Shown here: piece by piece, positions 1 to 8,500 of the stretch | Layout: every line of letters begins with the position of its first letter | How positions within the stretch are numbered: position 1 is the stretch's first letter | Source of the DNA: Dehalococcoidia bacterium | GTDB lineage: Bacteria > Chloroflexota > Dehalococcoidia > Bin125 | Assembly: GCA_965205165.1 (NCBI GenBank) | Contig: OZ242037.1 | Span: 339,294 to 403,293 of the forward strand | Length of the DNA: 64,000 nucleotides | Direction: 5' to 3' | Position numbers and translations under genes: made by a program | The notes under the pieces: model-generated | Database searches by the model: none | What the model saw: only the letters and a program-made list of their open reading frames with translations | What the model was told of the DNA's origin: nothing

Positions 1-718
1 AGTGGACCTCGTGTTGGGGGATGCTGCCGTGGTGGGGGTCGTTGATGGGGGGGATGTGCTTGGTGAGGATTTTGCCGGGGCGGGCGTTGATGGGGGCGGA
101 GAACATGGGGCCGTCGATGACGCAGGTGTGGAACTCGCCGTTTTCGCCGAGGGGGTCGACTTGGGGAGGGAGGTCGGCGAGGAGGGCGAGGTCGAAGCGG
201 CGGGCGGCGAAGGTTCGGTCGAGGTGGAGGCCGCTGACGTTGGTGATGATGGCGCGGAGGCCTTGGGCGATCATTTCGCGGGCGAGTTGGGGGGTGGGCA
301 GGTTCCAGAGGGGGAAGACGGGGGTGAAGCCGGTGCCTGCGAGTTGGGCTTCGCGGTAGTGGCGGATGTCTTGGAGGAAGAGGTCGCCGAAGGCGAGGGT
401 GGAGGCGGTTTGATGCCGGGGGAGGGCGCGGATGCGGTCGAGGAAGTCCCGCATGGCGGCTTCGTAGATTTCGTTGGGGCAGGGGTTGGGGATGGGGATT
501 TCGTAGAGGGGGAGGGCGAGGCGTTGGGCTTGGAGTTGGAGCACGCGGCGGGGGGTGGCTTGGATGGCGACGCGGTCGTCGGTGGCGTTGACGGTGGTGA
601 AGATGCCGCGGACGTCCCAGCGGTCGGGTTGGGAGCGGAGGTTGTGGAGGGCCCAGGCGGAGTCCTTGCCGGAGGACCAGGAGACGAGGACGGGGCGGGG
701 CTTGTTGTGGTCGGTCAT
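1..718 (-). CDS. PP-loop ATP-binding protein, Dph6/MJ0570 (DUF71, diphthine-ammonia-ligase-like) family; 3' end runs off the window
   Basis: Not in the supplied ORF track. My reverse-complement translation from ATG at 718 reads MTDHNKPRPVLVSWSSGKDSAWAL...DPLGENGEFHTCVIDGPMF. The SWSSGKDS PP-loop and GENGEFHT motifs are hallmarks of this family. The listed + ORF 2..1561 is antisense to it for its first ~700 nt. Confidence 0.8.
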   Translation of the reverse strand, partial: MTDHNKPRPVLVSWSSGKDSAWALHNLRSQPDRWDVRGIFTTVNATDDRVAIQATPRRVLQLQAQRLALPLYEIPIPNPCPNEIYEAAMRDFLDRIRALPRHQTASTLAFGDLFLQDIRHYREAQLAGTGFTPVFPLWNLPTPQLAREMIAQGLRAIITNVSGLHLDRTFAARRFDLALLADLPPQVDPLGENGEFHTCVIDGPMFSAPINARPGKILTKHIPPINDPHHGSIPQHEVH

Positions 719-793
719 CGGGGGTCTTTCCGATTTAGGAATGTATACGAGTATGCTGCGCGCAACTCTTCGGAACGGGAACGGGATAGACAG

Positions 794-1561
794 ATGAGAC
801 CCAACACGGTGAAGCGGCTGTGGGAGGAAGATGCGCCGGCGTTCGGTGCGTGGCTGGGGACGGCCAGCACGTTCGCGGCGGAGTCGATGGCGCATTCGGG
901 CTGGGACTGGCTGGTGGTGGACGGGGAGCACAGCCCGGTGGATCTGATGACGATGATCCAGATGTTCCAGGCGATTTCGACGACGGAGACGATTCCGATG
1001 GCGCGGGTGCATTGGAATGATCCGGTGGAGATCAAGCGGATCTTGGACGGGGGCGCGTACGGGGTGGTGATTCCGTGGGTGAACAACGTGTCGGAGGCGG
1101 AGCAGGCGGTGTCGGCGTGCCGGTATCCGCCGGCGGGGCTGCGGGGGTTCGGGGCGTACCGCGGGTTCCTCTACGGGGGATCGGACTACGCGGCGCACGC
1201 GAACGAGGAGATCGTGGTGTCGATCCAGATCGAGACGATCGAGGCGGTGGAGCGGATCGATGAGATCCTGTCGGTGCCGGGGGTTGATTCGACGATGATC
1301 GGGCCGGCGGACTTGGCGATGTCGATGGGGATTCCGGTGAAGCCGGACAATCCGCATCCGGATCACGTGGCGGCCTGCGCGCGGGTGCTGGAGTCGGCGC
1401 AGGCGCACGGGGTGGCGCCGGGGATCTTCACGAGCGGGCCGGAGGAGGCGAAGCGGCGGGCGCAGGAGGGCTGGCGGTTCATCGCTTCGGGGTCGGACGG
1501 GCAGTTCATGTCGCAGGGTTCGGCGGCGGGGGTGCGGACGGTGAAGAGCTGGAACGCGTAG
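794..1561 (+). CDS. HpcH/HpaI-family 2-keto-3-deoxy-acid aldolase
   Basis: Real part of ORF 2..1561, starting at ATG 794 (MRPNTVKRLWEED...). Family-like features: WLVVDGEHSP, IQIETIEAVERIDEILSVPGVDSTMIGPADLAMSMG. Confidence 0.8.
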   Translation: MRPNTVKRLWEEDAPAFGAWLGTASTFAAESMAHSGWDWLVVDGEHSPVDLMTMIQMFQAISTTETIPMARVHWNDPVEIKRILDGGAYGVVIPWVNNVSEAEQAVSACRYPPAGLRGFGAYRGFLYGGSDYAAHANEEIVVSIQIETIEAVERIDEILSVPGVDSTMIGPADLAMSMGIPVKPDNPHPDHVAACARVLESAQAHGVAPGIFTSGPEEAKRRAQEGWRFIASGSDGQFMSQGSAAGVRTVKSWNA

Positions 1562-1565
1562 TCCG

Positions 1566-2678
1566 ATGGCTTGGACGGGGCGCGAACCGGCGGACACGCG
1601 GACCCGCTTCACGGCGGAGAGCCTGCGGGGGTTCACGGCGGCGGTGCTGGAGCACTACGGGGTGCCGGCGGCGGACGCGGCGCTGGGGGCGGAGGTGCTG
1701 GTCGACGCGGACTTGGCGGGGGTGGATTCGCACGGGATCGCGCACTTGCCGTGGCACGTCGGGTATGCGCCGGGCTTCGAGCAGGGGGTGGTGAATCCGA
1801 CGCCGGAGGTGAAGGTGCTGCGGGAGTCGGCAGTGTCGGCGGCTTGGGACGGGGACGGGGGGATGGGGGTGATCGTGGGGCGGAAGGCGATGGCGGCGGC
1901 GATCGAGAAGGCGCGGACGGCGGGGATCGGGATGGTGACGGTGGCGAACGGGCGTCATTTCGGCGCGGCGGGGTACTACGCGGAGATGGCGGTGGAGCAC
2001 GATTTGGTGGGGATGGCGATGTGCAATGCGCCGCCGATCGGGCTGGCATCGGGCGGGACGCGGAAGGTGTACGGGACGAATCCGATCGCGATGGCGGCTC
2101 CGATCGAGGAGGGGACGCCGTTCCGGCTGGACGTGGCGACGACGGCGGTGGCGGGGGGGAAGCTGGAGATCGCGGGGCGGCAGGGGAAGCCGCTGCCGGA
2201 GGGCTGGGCGGTGGACGAGGCTGGGGAGCATACGGAGGATCCGTTCATTTTGCGGAAGGGCGGGGCGCTGCTGCCGCTGGGATCGAAGGTTTCGACGTCG
2301 TCGCACAAGGGGTACGGCTTGGGGCTGATGGTGGACATCCTGACGGGGGTGATGTCGGGGGATGGTTCGGGGATGTTCGTGGATCGGGCGAATCGGGGGC
2401 TGGTGCAGGGGCAGTGGTTCGCGGCTTGGCGGATTGACTTGTTCATCGAGCCGGGGGAGTTCCGTGCGGAGCTGCGGAGGCTGGCGGAGGCGTGCCGCGA
2501 GGTGCCGCCGTCGGCGGAGGCGGCGCGGGTGGTGATACCGGGCGATCCGGAGGCGATGGCGCGGGCGGATCGGACGGAGCGGGGCGTACCGTTGGACGAA
2601 GAGACGATCGATCAGTTGATCGAGCTGGGCGAGAAGACCGGCGCGGCGTTCCCCGGGCCGGCGGAATCAGGGGGCTGA
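1566..2678 (+). CDS. Ldh_2 family (malate/L-lactate/sulfolactate-type) NAD(P)H-dependent dehydrogenase
   Basis: 370 aa ORF with GVDSHGI, GTNPIAMAAP and SSHKGYGLGLMVDILTG segments typical of the Ldh_2 family. It starts 5 nt after the aldolase stop. Confidence 0.8.
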   Translation: MAWTGREPADTRTRFTAESLRGFTAAVLEHYGVPAADAALGAEVLVDADLAGVDSHGIAHLPWHVGYAPGFEQGVVNPTPEVKVLRESAVSAAWDGDGGMGVIVGRKAMAAAIEKARTAGIGMVTVANGRHFGAAGYYAEMAVEHDLVGMAMCNAPPIGLASGGTRKVYGTNPIAMAAPIEEGTPFRLDVATTAVAGGKLEIAGRQGKPLPEGWAVDEAGEHTEDPFILRKGGALLPLGSKVSTSSHKGYGLGLMVDILTGVMSGDGSGMFVDRANRGLVQGQWFAAWRIDLFIEPGEFRAELRRLAEACREVPPSAEAARVVIPGDPEAMARADRTERGVPLDEETIDQLIELGEKTGAAFPGPAESGG

Positions 2679-2679
2679 G

Positions 2680-3210
2680 ATGGCTACAGCGGTCGCGGAT
2701 GCGCCGGCGCGGTCGTCGGAGCTGCTGGACGAGGTGTTCACGAACTACGGTCGTGCGGCGGGGATGATGGACCCGAACCGGTTGGAGGCGTGGGAGGAGC
2801 TGGGGCTGACATTTTCGCAGCTGCGGGTGCTGAGTTTGCTGAGCACGACGCGGTTCGCGCTGGCGGGGACGATCGCGGAGGCGCTGAAAGTGCGGCCGTC
2901 GACGGCGACGGGGATCGTGGATCGGCTGGTTCGGCAGGAGCTGGTGGCGCGGCAGCGGGATCGGGAGGATCGGCGCTGCGTGCGGATCTACCTGACGGAG
3001 CACGGGCGGAAGGTGATTTCGGACATTCGGGAGCGGAACGAGGCGCTGCTGGGGCGGCTGTTCCGGCGGTTCACGGCTGACGAGATCGCGACGATCGCGC
3101 GGGCGTTCGAGCTGCTGACGGAGGAGGGGGAGCGGCTGGGGCTGATCTTTCCGTGGCCGCCGGAGGCGAACCCCGAAGACGAATACGACGAAGAGTTCGA
3201 CGACCGATGA
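2680..3210 (+). CDS. MarR-family transcriptional regulator
   Basis: 176 aa with a winged-HTH core: LTFSQLRVLSLL...TIAEALKVRPSTATGIVDRLVRQELVARQRDREDRRCVRIYLTEHG. Directly precedes an MFS efflux gene. Confidence 0.85.
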   Translation: MATAVADAPARSSELLDEVFTNYGRAAGMMDPNRLEAWEELGLTFSQLRVLSLLSTTRFALAGTIAEALKVRPSTATGIVDRLVRQELVARQRDREDRRCVRIYLTEHGRKVISDIRERNEALLGRLFRRFTADEIATIARAFELLTEEGERLGLIFPWPPEANPEDEYDEEFDDR

Positions 3211-5021
3211 GCGGGGGGCCCGGGGCGGGGAGGGGAGCGGGCGGAGCGCCCGCGGGGATGGCGATGCCGCCGGGGATGCTGCTGCCGCAGCGCCGCAAGG
3301 TGCTGATCATGGTGACGGTGATGATGGCGCTGTTCCTGGCGGCGCTGGATCAGACGATTTACGGGGTGGCGGCGCCGCAGGCGATCGGGGACTTGGGGCG
3401 GCTGGATTTGTTCGCGTGGCCGGTGACGACGTACCTGCTGGGGTCGACGGTGCTGGTGCCGATCATCGGGAAGATGTCGGACATCTACGGGCGGAAGCCG
3501 TTCCTGCTGATCGGGATCGTGCTGTTCCTGATCGGTTCGGCGCTGTGCGGGGCGTCGGGTTCGATGTGGGAGTTGATCGGGTTCCGGCTGCTGCAGGGGT
3601 TCGGGGCGGCGTTCATCATGGCGAACGCGTTCACGGTGATGGGGGACTATTTCGCGCCGTCGGAGCGGGCGCGCTGGGCGGGGATCATCGCGGGGACGTT
3701 CGCGACGGCGAGCATCGCGGGGCCGCTGGCGGGCGGGGTGCTGACGGACTACCTGTCGTGGCGGTGGGTGTTCTACGTGAACATTCCGATCGGGGCGGCG
3801 GCGCTGGCGAGCATCTTGATCGTGATGCCGAACCACAAGGGGGCGTCGCGGGATTCGGTTGACTGGAGCGGGGGGGCGCTGCTGCTGGTGGCGGCGACGC
3901 CGCTGCTGCTGGCGCTGTCGATCGGGGGTACGGAGGTCGGCGGTACGGAGGTGGGCTGGGGAGATTCGCCGGTGGTGATTCCGGTGATCGTGTCGGCGGC
4001 GGCGATGGTCTTGTTCTGGGTGCTGGGGCGGCGGAAGGGTGAGGCGGGGATCATGCCGATCCCGATGTTCCAGAACCGGGCGTACCTGCTGTGCACGGTG
4101 GTGATGGTGGTGATCGGGATCGGGTTGATGGGGACGATGTTCACGCTGCCGTTCTTCCTGCAGGGGGCGCAGGGGGTGACGGCGACGAATTCGGGGCTGG
4201 TGACGCTGCCGTCGAGCATCGGGATCGTGGCGGGGTCGATCATCACGGGGCAGGTGATGGCTCGGACGGGGAGGTACAAGCCGATCGCGATCATCGCGGG
4301 GGTGGGGGTGGTGTGCGCGTTGTTCCTGCTGTCGCGGATGACGGTGGACACGGATTTGTGGGCGACGCGGGGGTTCATGTTCATGATGGGGATTTCGATG
4401 GGGTCGCTGATGCCGCTGTACACGCTGGTGCTGCAGAACGCGCTGCCGTTCCAGCTGCTGGGGGCGGGGACGGCGGCGAACCAGTTCTTCCGGCAGATCG
4501 GGGCGGCGGCGGGGGTGGCGGTGTTCGGGACGGTGATCGCGACGAATTTCGCGTCGCGGCTGGGAGAGCAGCTGGGCGCGGGGGCGCCGGCGAACTTGCG
4601 CGAGGATCCGGCGTGGCTGCTGAATCCGGACTCGCTGGAGCGGCTGCGGGGCCAGATGGGTGCGGCCGCGGAGCCGTTGATTACGACGGCGCGGGAGGCG
4701 CTGGCGGGGCCGGTGACGGACACGTTCCTGTATGCGGCGATCATCTTGATCGGGACGGTGATCGTGGGGATTCTGCTGCCTCGGATGAGGTTCCGGACGC
4801 AGGAGGACATGATGGCGGAGGCGCGGGCGCGGATGGCCCCGCCGCCGTCTCCGCCGCCGCCTTCGCTGGCGGATCGGCAGCATGAGCCGATCGAGCGTCC
4901 GCTGTCGCCGCAGCCACGACCGCAGCCGCAGCCGGCGGGGGGTATCGTTGAGATGCGGATGCGCGCCATCGCCCTGTGGGCGAATCAGGCGGCGCCGGGA
5001 GCGGATTGGGCGGGCAGTTGA
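3207..5021 (+). CDS. MFS transporter, DHA2 (EmrB/QacA-like, 14-TMS) drug:H+ antiporter type, with Pro-rich C-terminal tail
   Basis: In-frame ATG at 3207 overlaps the MarR stop (ATGA). Contains LDQTIYGVAAPQAIGDLG, GKMSDIYGRKPFLL and many hydrophobic helices. The track start at 3153 lies inside the MarR gene. Confidence 0.85.
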   Translation: MSGGPGAGRGAGGAPAGMAMPPGMLLPQRRKVLIMVTVMMALFLAALDQTIYGVAAPQAIGDLGRLDLFAWPVTTYLLGSTVLVPIIGKMSDIYGRKPFLLIGIVLFLIGSALCGASGSMWELIGFRLLQGFGAAFIMANAFTVMGDYFAPSERARWAGIIAGTFATASIAGPLAGGVLTDYLSWRWVFYVNIPIGAAALASILIVMPNHKGASRDSVDWSGGALLLVAATPLLLALSIGGTEVGGTEVGWGDSPVVIPVIVSAAAMVLFWVLGRRKGEAGIMPIPMFQNRAYLLCTVVMVVIGIGLMGTMFTLPFFLQGAQGVTATNSGLVTLPSSIGIVAGSIITGQVMARTGRYKPIAIIAGVGVVCALFLLSRMTVDTDLWATRGFMFMMGISMGSLMPLYTLVLQNALPFQLLGAGTAANQFFRQIGAAAGVAVFGTVIATNFASRLGEQLGAGAPANLREDPAWLLNPDSLERLRGQMGAAAEPLITTAREALAGPVTDTFLYAAIILIGTVIVGILLPRMRFRTQEDMMAEARARMAPPPSPPPPSLADRQHEPIERPLSPQPRPQPQPAGGIVEMRMRAIALWANQAAPGADWAGS

Positions 5022-5521
5022 ACGAGCAGCCGTCGGCGCAGCATTTGCCGCCGGAGCAGGCGGCGCCGACCGTCCTGGCGATGGACGGCTGGGGGAATCT
5101 GTCGCACGCGAACGGGGCGTCGCGCAACGGGTACGGGACGGTGAACGGCAACGGCTACCACGGGGTGGCGGAGGCGAGCGTGCAGCCGATTGCGCGGCGC
5201 GCGCCGGAGGCGGCGGGAGCGGGCAACGGGATGCGGCGGCTGATGGTGGCGGGGATTGCCGCGGGGGTGCTGGCGGGAGCGGCGCTGAAGTGGCTGGGGG
5301 GCGGGCGGCGGATTTCGGTGGAGGGGGCGGTTTCGGCGATGCAGCATTTGCCGGAGACGGCGCGGATCGCGGGGCTCAACCAGCGGCCGATCGAGCTGGA
5401 GCCGGCGCAGCGGCTGCCGGTCGACGCCTGGCGGGAGCGTTTGGCGGAGTTCATCGCGCCAGCGCCGCCTCCGCCGCCGGAGCCGCGGCATCGGCGGCTG
5501 CTGAAGAGGTTGATGGGCTGA
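4976..5521 (+). CDS. hypothetical protein with one predicted TM helix (start uncertain)
   Basis: 181 aa ORF. It has a central hydrophobic stretch (LMVAGIAAGVLAGAALKWL), no recognisable family and a low-complexity N-terminal half. Overlaps the MFS 3' end by 46 nt. Confidence 0.35.
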   Translation: MGESGGAGSGLGGQLNEQPSAQHLPPEQAAPTVLAMDGWGNLSHANGASRNGYGTVNGNGYHGVAEASVQPIARRAPEAAGAGNGMRRLMVAGIAAGVLAGAALKWLGGGRRISVEGAVSAMQHLPETARIAGLNQRPIELEPAQRLPVDAWRERLAEFIAPAPPPPPEPRHRRLLKRLMG

Positions 5522-5558
5522 GGTTCGGTTTCGGGTTCGGGACGGAACGCGGGGGCGG

Positions 5559-8500
5559 TTACTCGGTGCCGGCTACGGCGCGGGCTTCCTGTTCGGCGCG
5601 TTCGCGGAGGACGCGGGCGTAGTCGCGGGGGATGACTTTGTGGAATTGGGGGAGGACGATGTTCCAGCGTTCGAGCAGGTCCTTGGCGTGGGGGCTGCCG
5701 GTGCGGTCGGCGTGGGTGTTGATCATTTCTTCGAGCATGTTCTGGTCGTTGGAATCTTCAACGCGCTGGAGGTCGACCATGGCTTTGTTGACGTTGGCCT
5801 CGAAATCGCCGTCGGCGTCCCAGACGTAGGCGAAGCCGCCGCTCATGCCTGCGGCGAAGTTGCGGCCGGTGGGGCCGAGGACGACGACGGTGCCGCCGGT
5901 CATGTATTCGCAGCCGTGGTCGCCGACGCCCTCGACGACGGCGCGGGCGCCGGAGTTGCGGACGGCGAAGCGCTCGCCGGCGCGGCCGGCGACCCAGAGG
6001 CTGCCGCCGGTTGCGCCGTAGAGGACGGTGTTGCCGACGAGGACGGCGTCCTTGCCGAGGTAGCCGGCGCGTTCGGGGGGGGCGACGGCGATCATGCCGC
6101 CGCCCATGCCCTTGCCGACGTAGTCGTTGGCTTCGCCGCGCAGGTAGAGGCGGAGTCCGCGTGCGAGGAACGCGCCGAAGGATTGGCCGGCGGAGCCGTT
6201 GAAGTGGAGTTCGAAGGTGCCGGACTTCATGCCGCGGTCGCCGTGGCGGCGGGCGATGCGGCCGGAGACGCGCGCGCCGACGGTGCGGTGCTTGTTGGTG
6301 ATGGGGTAGGTCTTGGTGAAGTAGCGGCTGGCGTCGATGCGGTCTTCGAGGTCTTCGAGGATCTGGTCGTCGAGGCGGAGGTCGTCGGAGCGGTCGTTGC
6401 GCTCCTGAACGCGCTTGCGTGGGAGTGCGGGGTCGGCCTCGACGGGGGCGAGCAGGCGGGCGAGGTCGACGGTGCGGGCGCGGCGGGCCTGGACGCCGTC
6501 GGGCTCGCGGGGTTCGATTTGGGCGAGGAGGTCGGTGCGGCCGATGATCTCTTCGAGGGTGGAATAGCCGAGCCGGGCGAGGAGTTGGCGGACCTCTTCG
6601 GAGACGTGGAGGAGGAAGTCGACGAGCATTTGGGGCTTGCCGAAGTACTTGGCGCGGAGGTCTTCGCGCTGGGTGGCGACGCCGACGGGGCAGGTGTTGA
6701 GGTGGCACTGGCGGGCCATTTTGCAGCCGAGGGCGACGAGGGCGGAGGTGCCGAAGCCGTAGCCTTCCGCGCCGAGCAGGGCGGCGATGACGACGTCGCG
6801 GCCGGTGTGGAAGCCGCCGTCGGTGCGGAGCATGACGCGGCCGCGGAGGCCGTTGACGACGAGCGCTTCGTGGGCTTCCTTGACGCCGAGTTCCCAGGGA
6901 GCGCCGGCGTACTTGACGGAGGAGAGGGGGGAAGCGCCGGTGCCGCCGTCCGCGCCGGAGATGTGGACGACGTCGGCGTAGGCCTTGGCGACGCCGGCGG
7001 CGATGGTGCCGACGCCCTCGCAGGCGACGAGTTTGACGCAGATGCGCGCGTCGGGGTTGGCGATCTTGAGGTCATAGATCAGCTGGGAGAGGTCTTCGAT
7101 GGAGTAGATGTCGTGGTGGGGGGGAGGGGAGATGAGTTCGACGCCGGGGGTGGAGTGGCGCAGGAGGGCGATGTAGGGGGTGACTTTGTGGCCGGGGAGC
7201 TGGCCGCCCTCGCCGGGCTTGGAGCCTTGGGCGATCTTGATTTCGATTTCGGACGCGCCGTTGAGGTAGGCGGGGGTGACGCCGAAGCGGCCGGAGGCGA
7301 TCTGCTTGATTTTGGAGTTGGCGTCGTGCTTGTCGCCGCCGGGGCGGTATCGGCGGGGGTCTTCGCCGCCTTCGCCGGTGTTGGAGAACGCGCCGATTTC
7401 GTTCATGGCGCGGGCGACGTCCTCGTGGGCTTCGGGGCTGAGCGCGCCGAGCGACATGGCGCCGGTGCTGAAGCGGGCGGTGATGGCGTGGTGGTCTTCG
7501 ACGTCTTCGACGGGGATGGGGGGGCGGTCGGGCTTGAAGTCGACGAGGTCGCGGAGGGCGGTGGGCTGGCGGCCGTTGACCATGTCGGAGTACTTGGCGT
7601 AGGCCTCGGCTTCGTCGTGGTCGGAGCCTTGGACGGCTTTGTGGAGGGAGCGCCAGATGGGGGGTTCGTTGGCGTGGTAGTCGGCGTCGCGGCGGTACTT
7701 GTACCAGCCGCCGGGTTCGAGGTGGTCGGCGGGGAAGGCGTGGGAGTGGCGGGAGAGCGCGTCGGCGCCGATCTCTTCGAAGCCGATGCCGCCGATGCGG
7801 GAGGTGGTGCCGGGGAAGGAGCGTTCGACGACCTCTTCGGAGATGCCGAGTGCTTCGTAGATTTGGCCGCCGTGGTAGGAGGAGACGGTGGCGATGCCCA
7901 TTTTGGACATGATTTTGAGGATGCCGGCGTCGAGCGCGTCGAGGTAGCGGGAGATGGCGTCGTCGGGGCCGAGGGGGTCGAGTTCGCCGTCGGCTTGGAG
8001 CGCGGCGACCATTTGGAGCGCGAGGTAGGGGTGGACGGCGTTGGCGCCGAAGCCGATCAGGCAGGAGACTTGGTGGACGTCGCGGGCGTCGCCGGTGCTG
8101 GCGACGATGGAGGCGTCGAGGCGTCGGCCGTTGCGGATGAGGTGGTGGTGGACGGTGGCGACGGCGAGGAGCATGGGGATGGGGACGCGGTCGGCGTCGA
8201 CGTGCTCGTCGGAGAGGATGAGCAGGGAGTGGCCGTCTTCGATGGCGTTGTCGACGCGGTCGCAGAGAGCGTCGAGGGCGGGTTCGAGGCCGGCGGGGCC
8301 GTCGATGGCTGGGAAGGTGCAGCTGATGTCGGCGGCGGAGAAGCCGGGCACGCGGAAGCCGCGGAGGGAGTCGAGGTCGCGGTCGACGAGGACGGGTGAA
8401 GCGAGGTGGACGACACGGGCGGCTTCGGGGGATTCTTCGAGCAGCGAGGCGCGGCGTCCGAGCCGGATGTCGAGGGCCATGACGTTGCGTTCGCGGATGG

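Noticed and set aside
2-793. 5' two-thirds of + ORF 2..1561 (519 aa)
   Set aside because: The Gly/Ala/Val/Asp/Glu-rich composition (MDLVLGDAAVVGVVDGGDVLGEDFAGAGVDGGG...) is typical of the antisense of a GC-rich gene. The minus strand encodes a recognisable PP-loop protein, and the aldolase homology starts only at ATG 794.
2988-4883. 631-aa minus-strand ORF and similar Arg/Pro/His-rich ORFs (e.g. 1506..2306, 7072..8781, 10270..12684, 27611..28717, 27883..29946, 30120..31706, 43703..45598)
   Set aside because: They have extreme Arg/Pro/His low-complexity composition and no motifs. Each lies antisense to or out of frame with a gene that has clear family signatures. They are frame artefacts of high GC.
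5640-8399. 919-aa + ORF and other Gly/Ala/Val/Asp-rich + ORFs (8406..10238, 10386..12371, 13368..14378, 15372..16877, 22993..24489, 26176..28215, 45124..47058, 47095..49221, 51268..53238, 53298..57875, 57891..60017)
   Set aside because: They are antisense to gltB, the aminotransferase, the PanA cassettes, the CoA-transferases or the giant gene. Composition is repetitive with no motifs.
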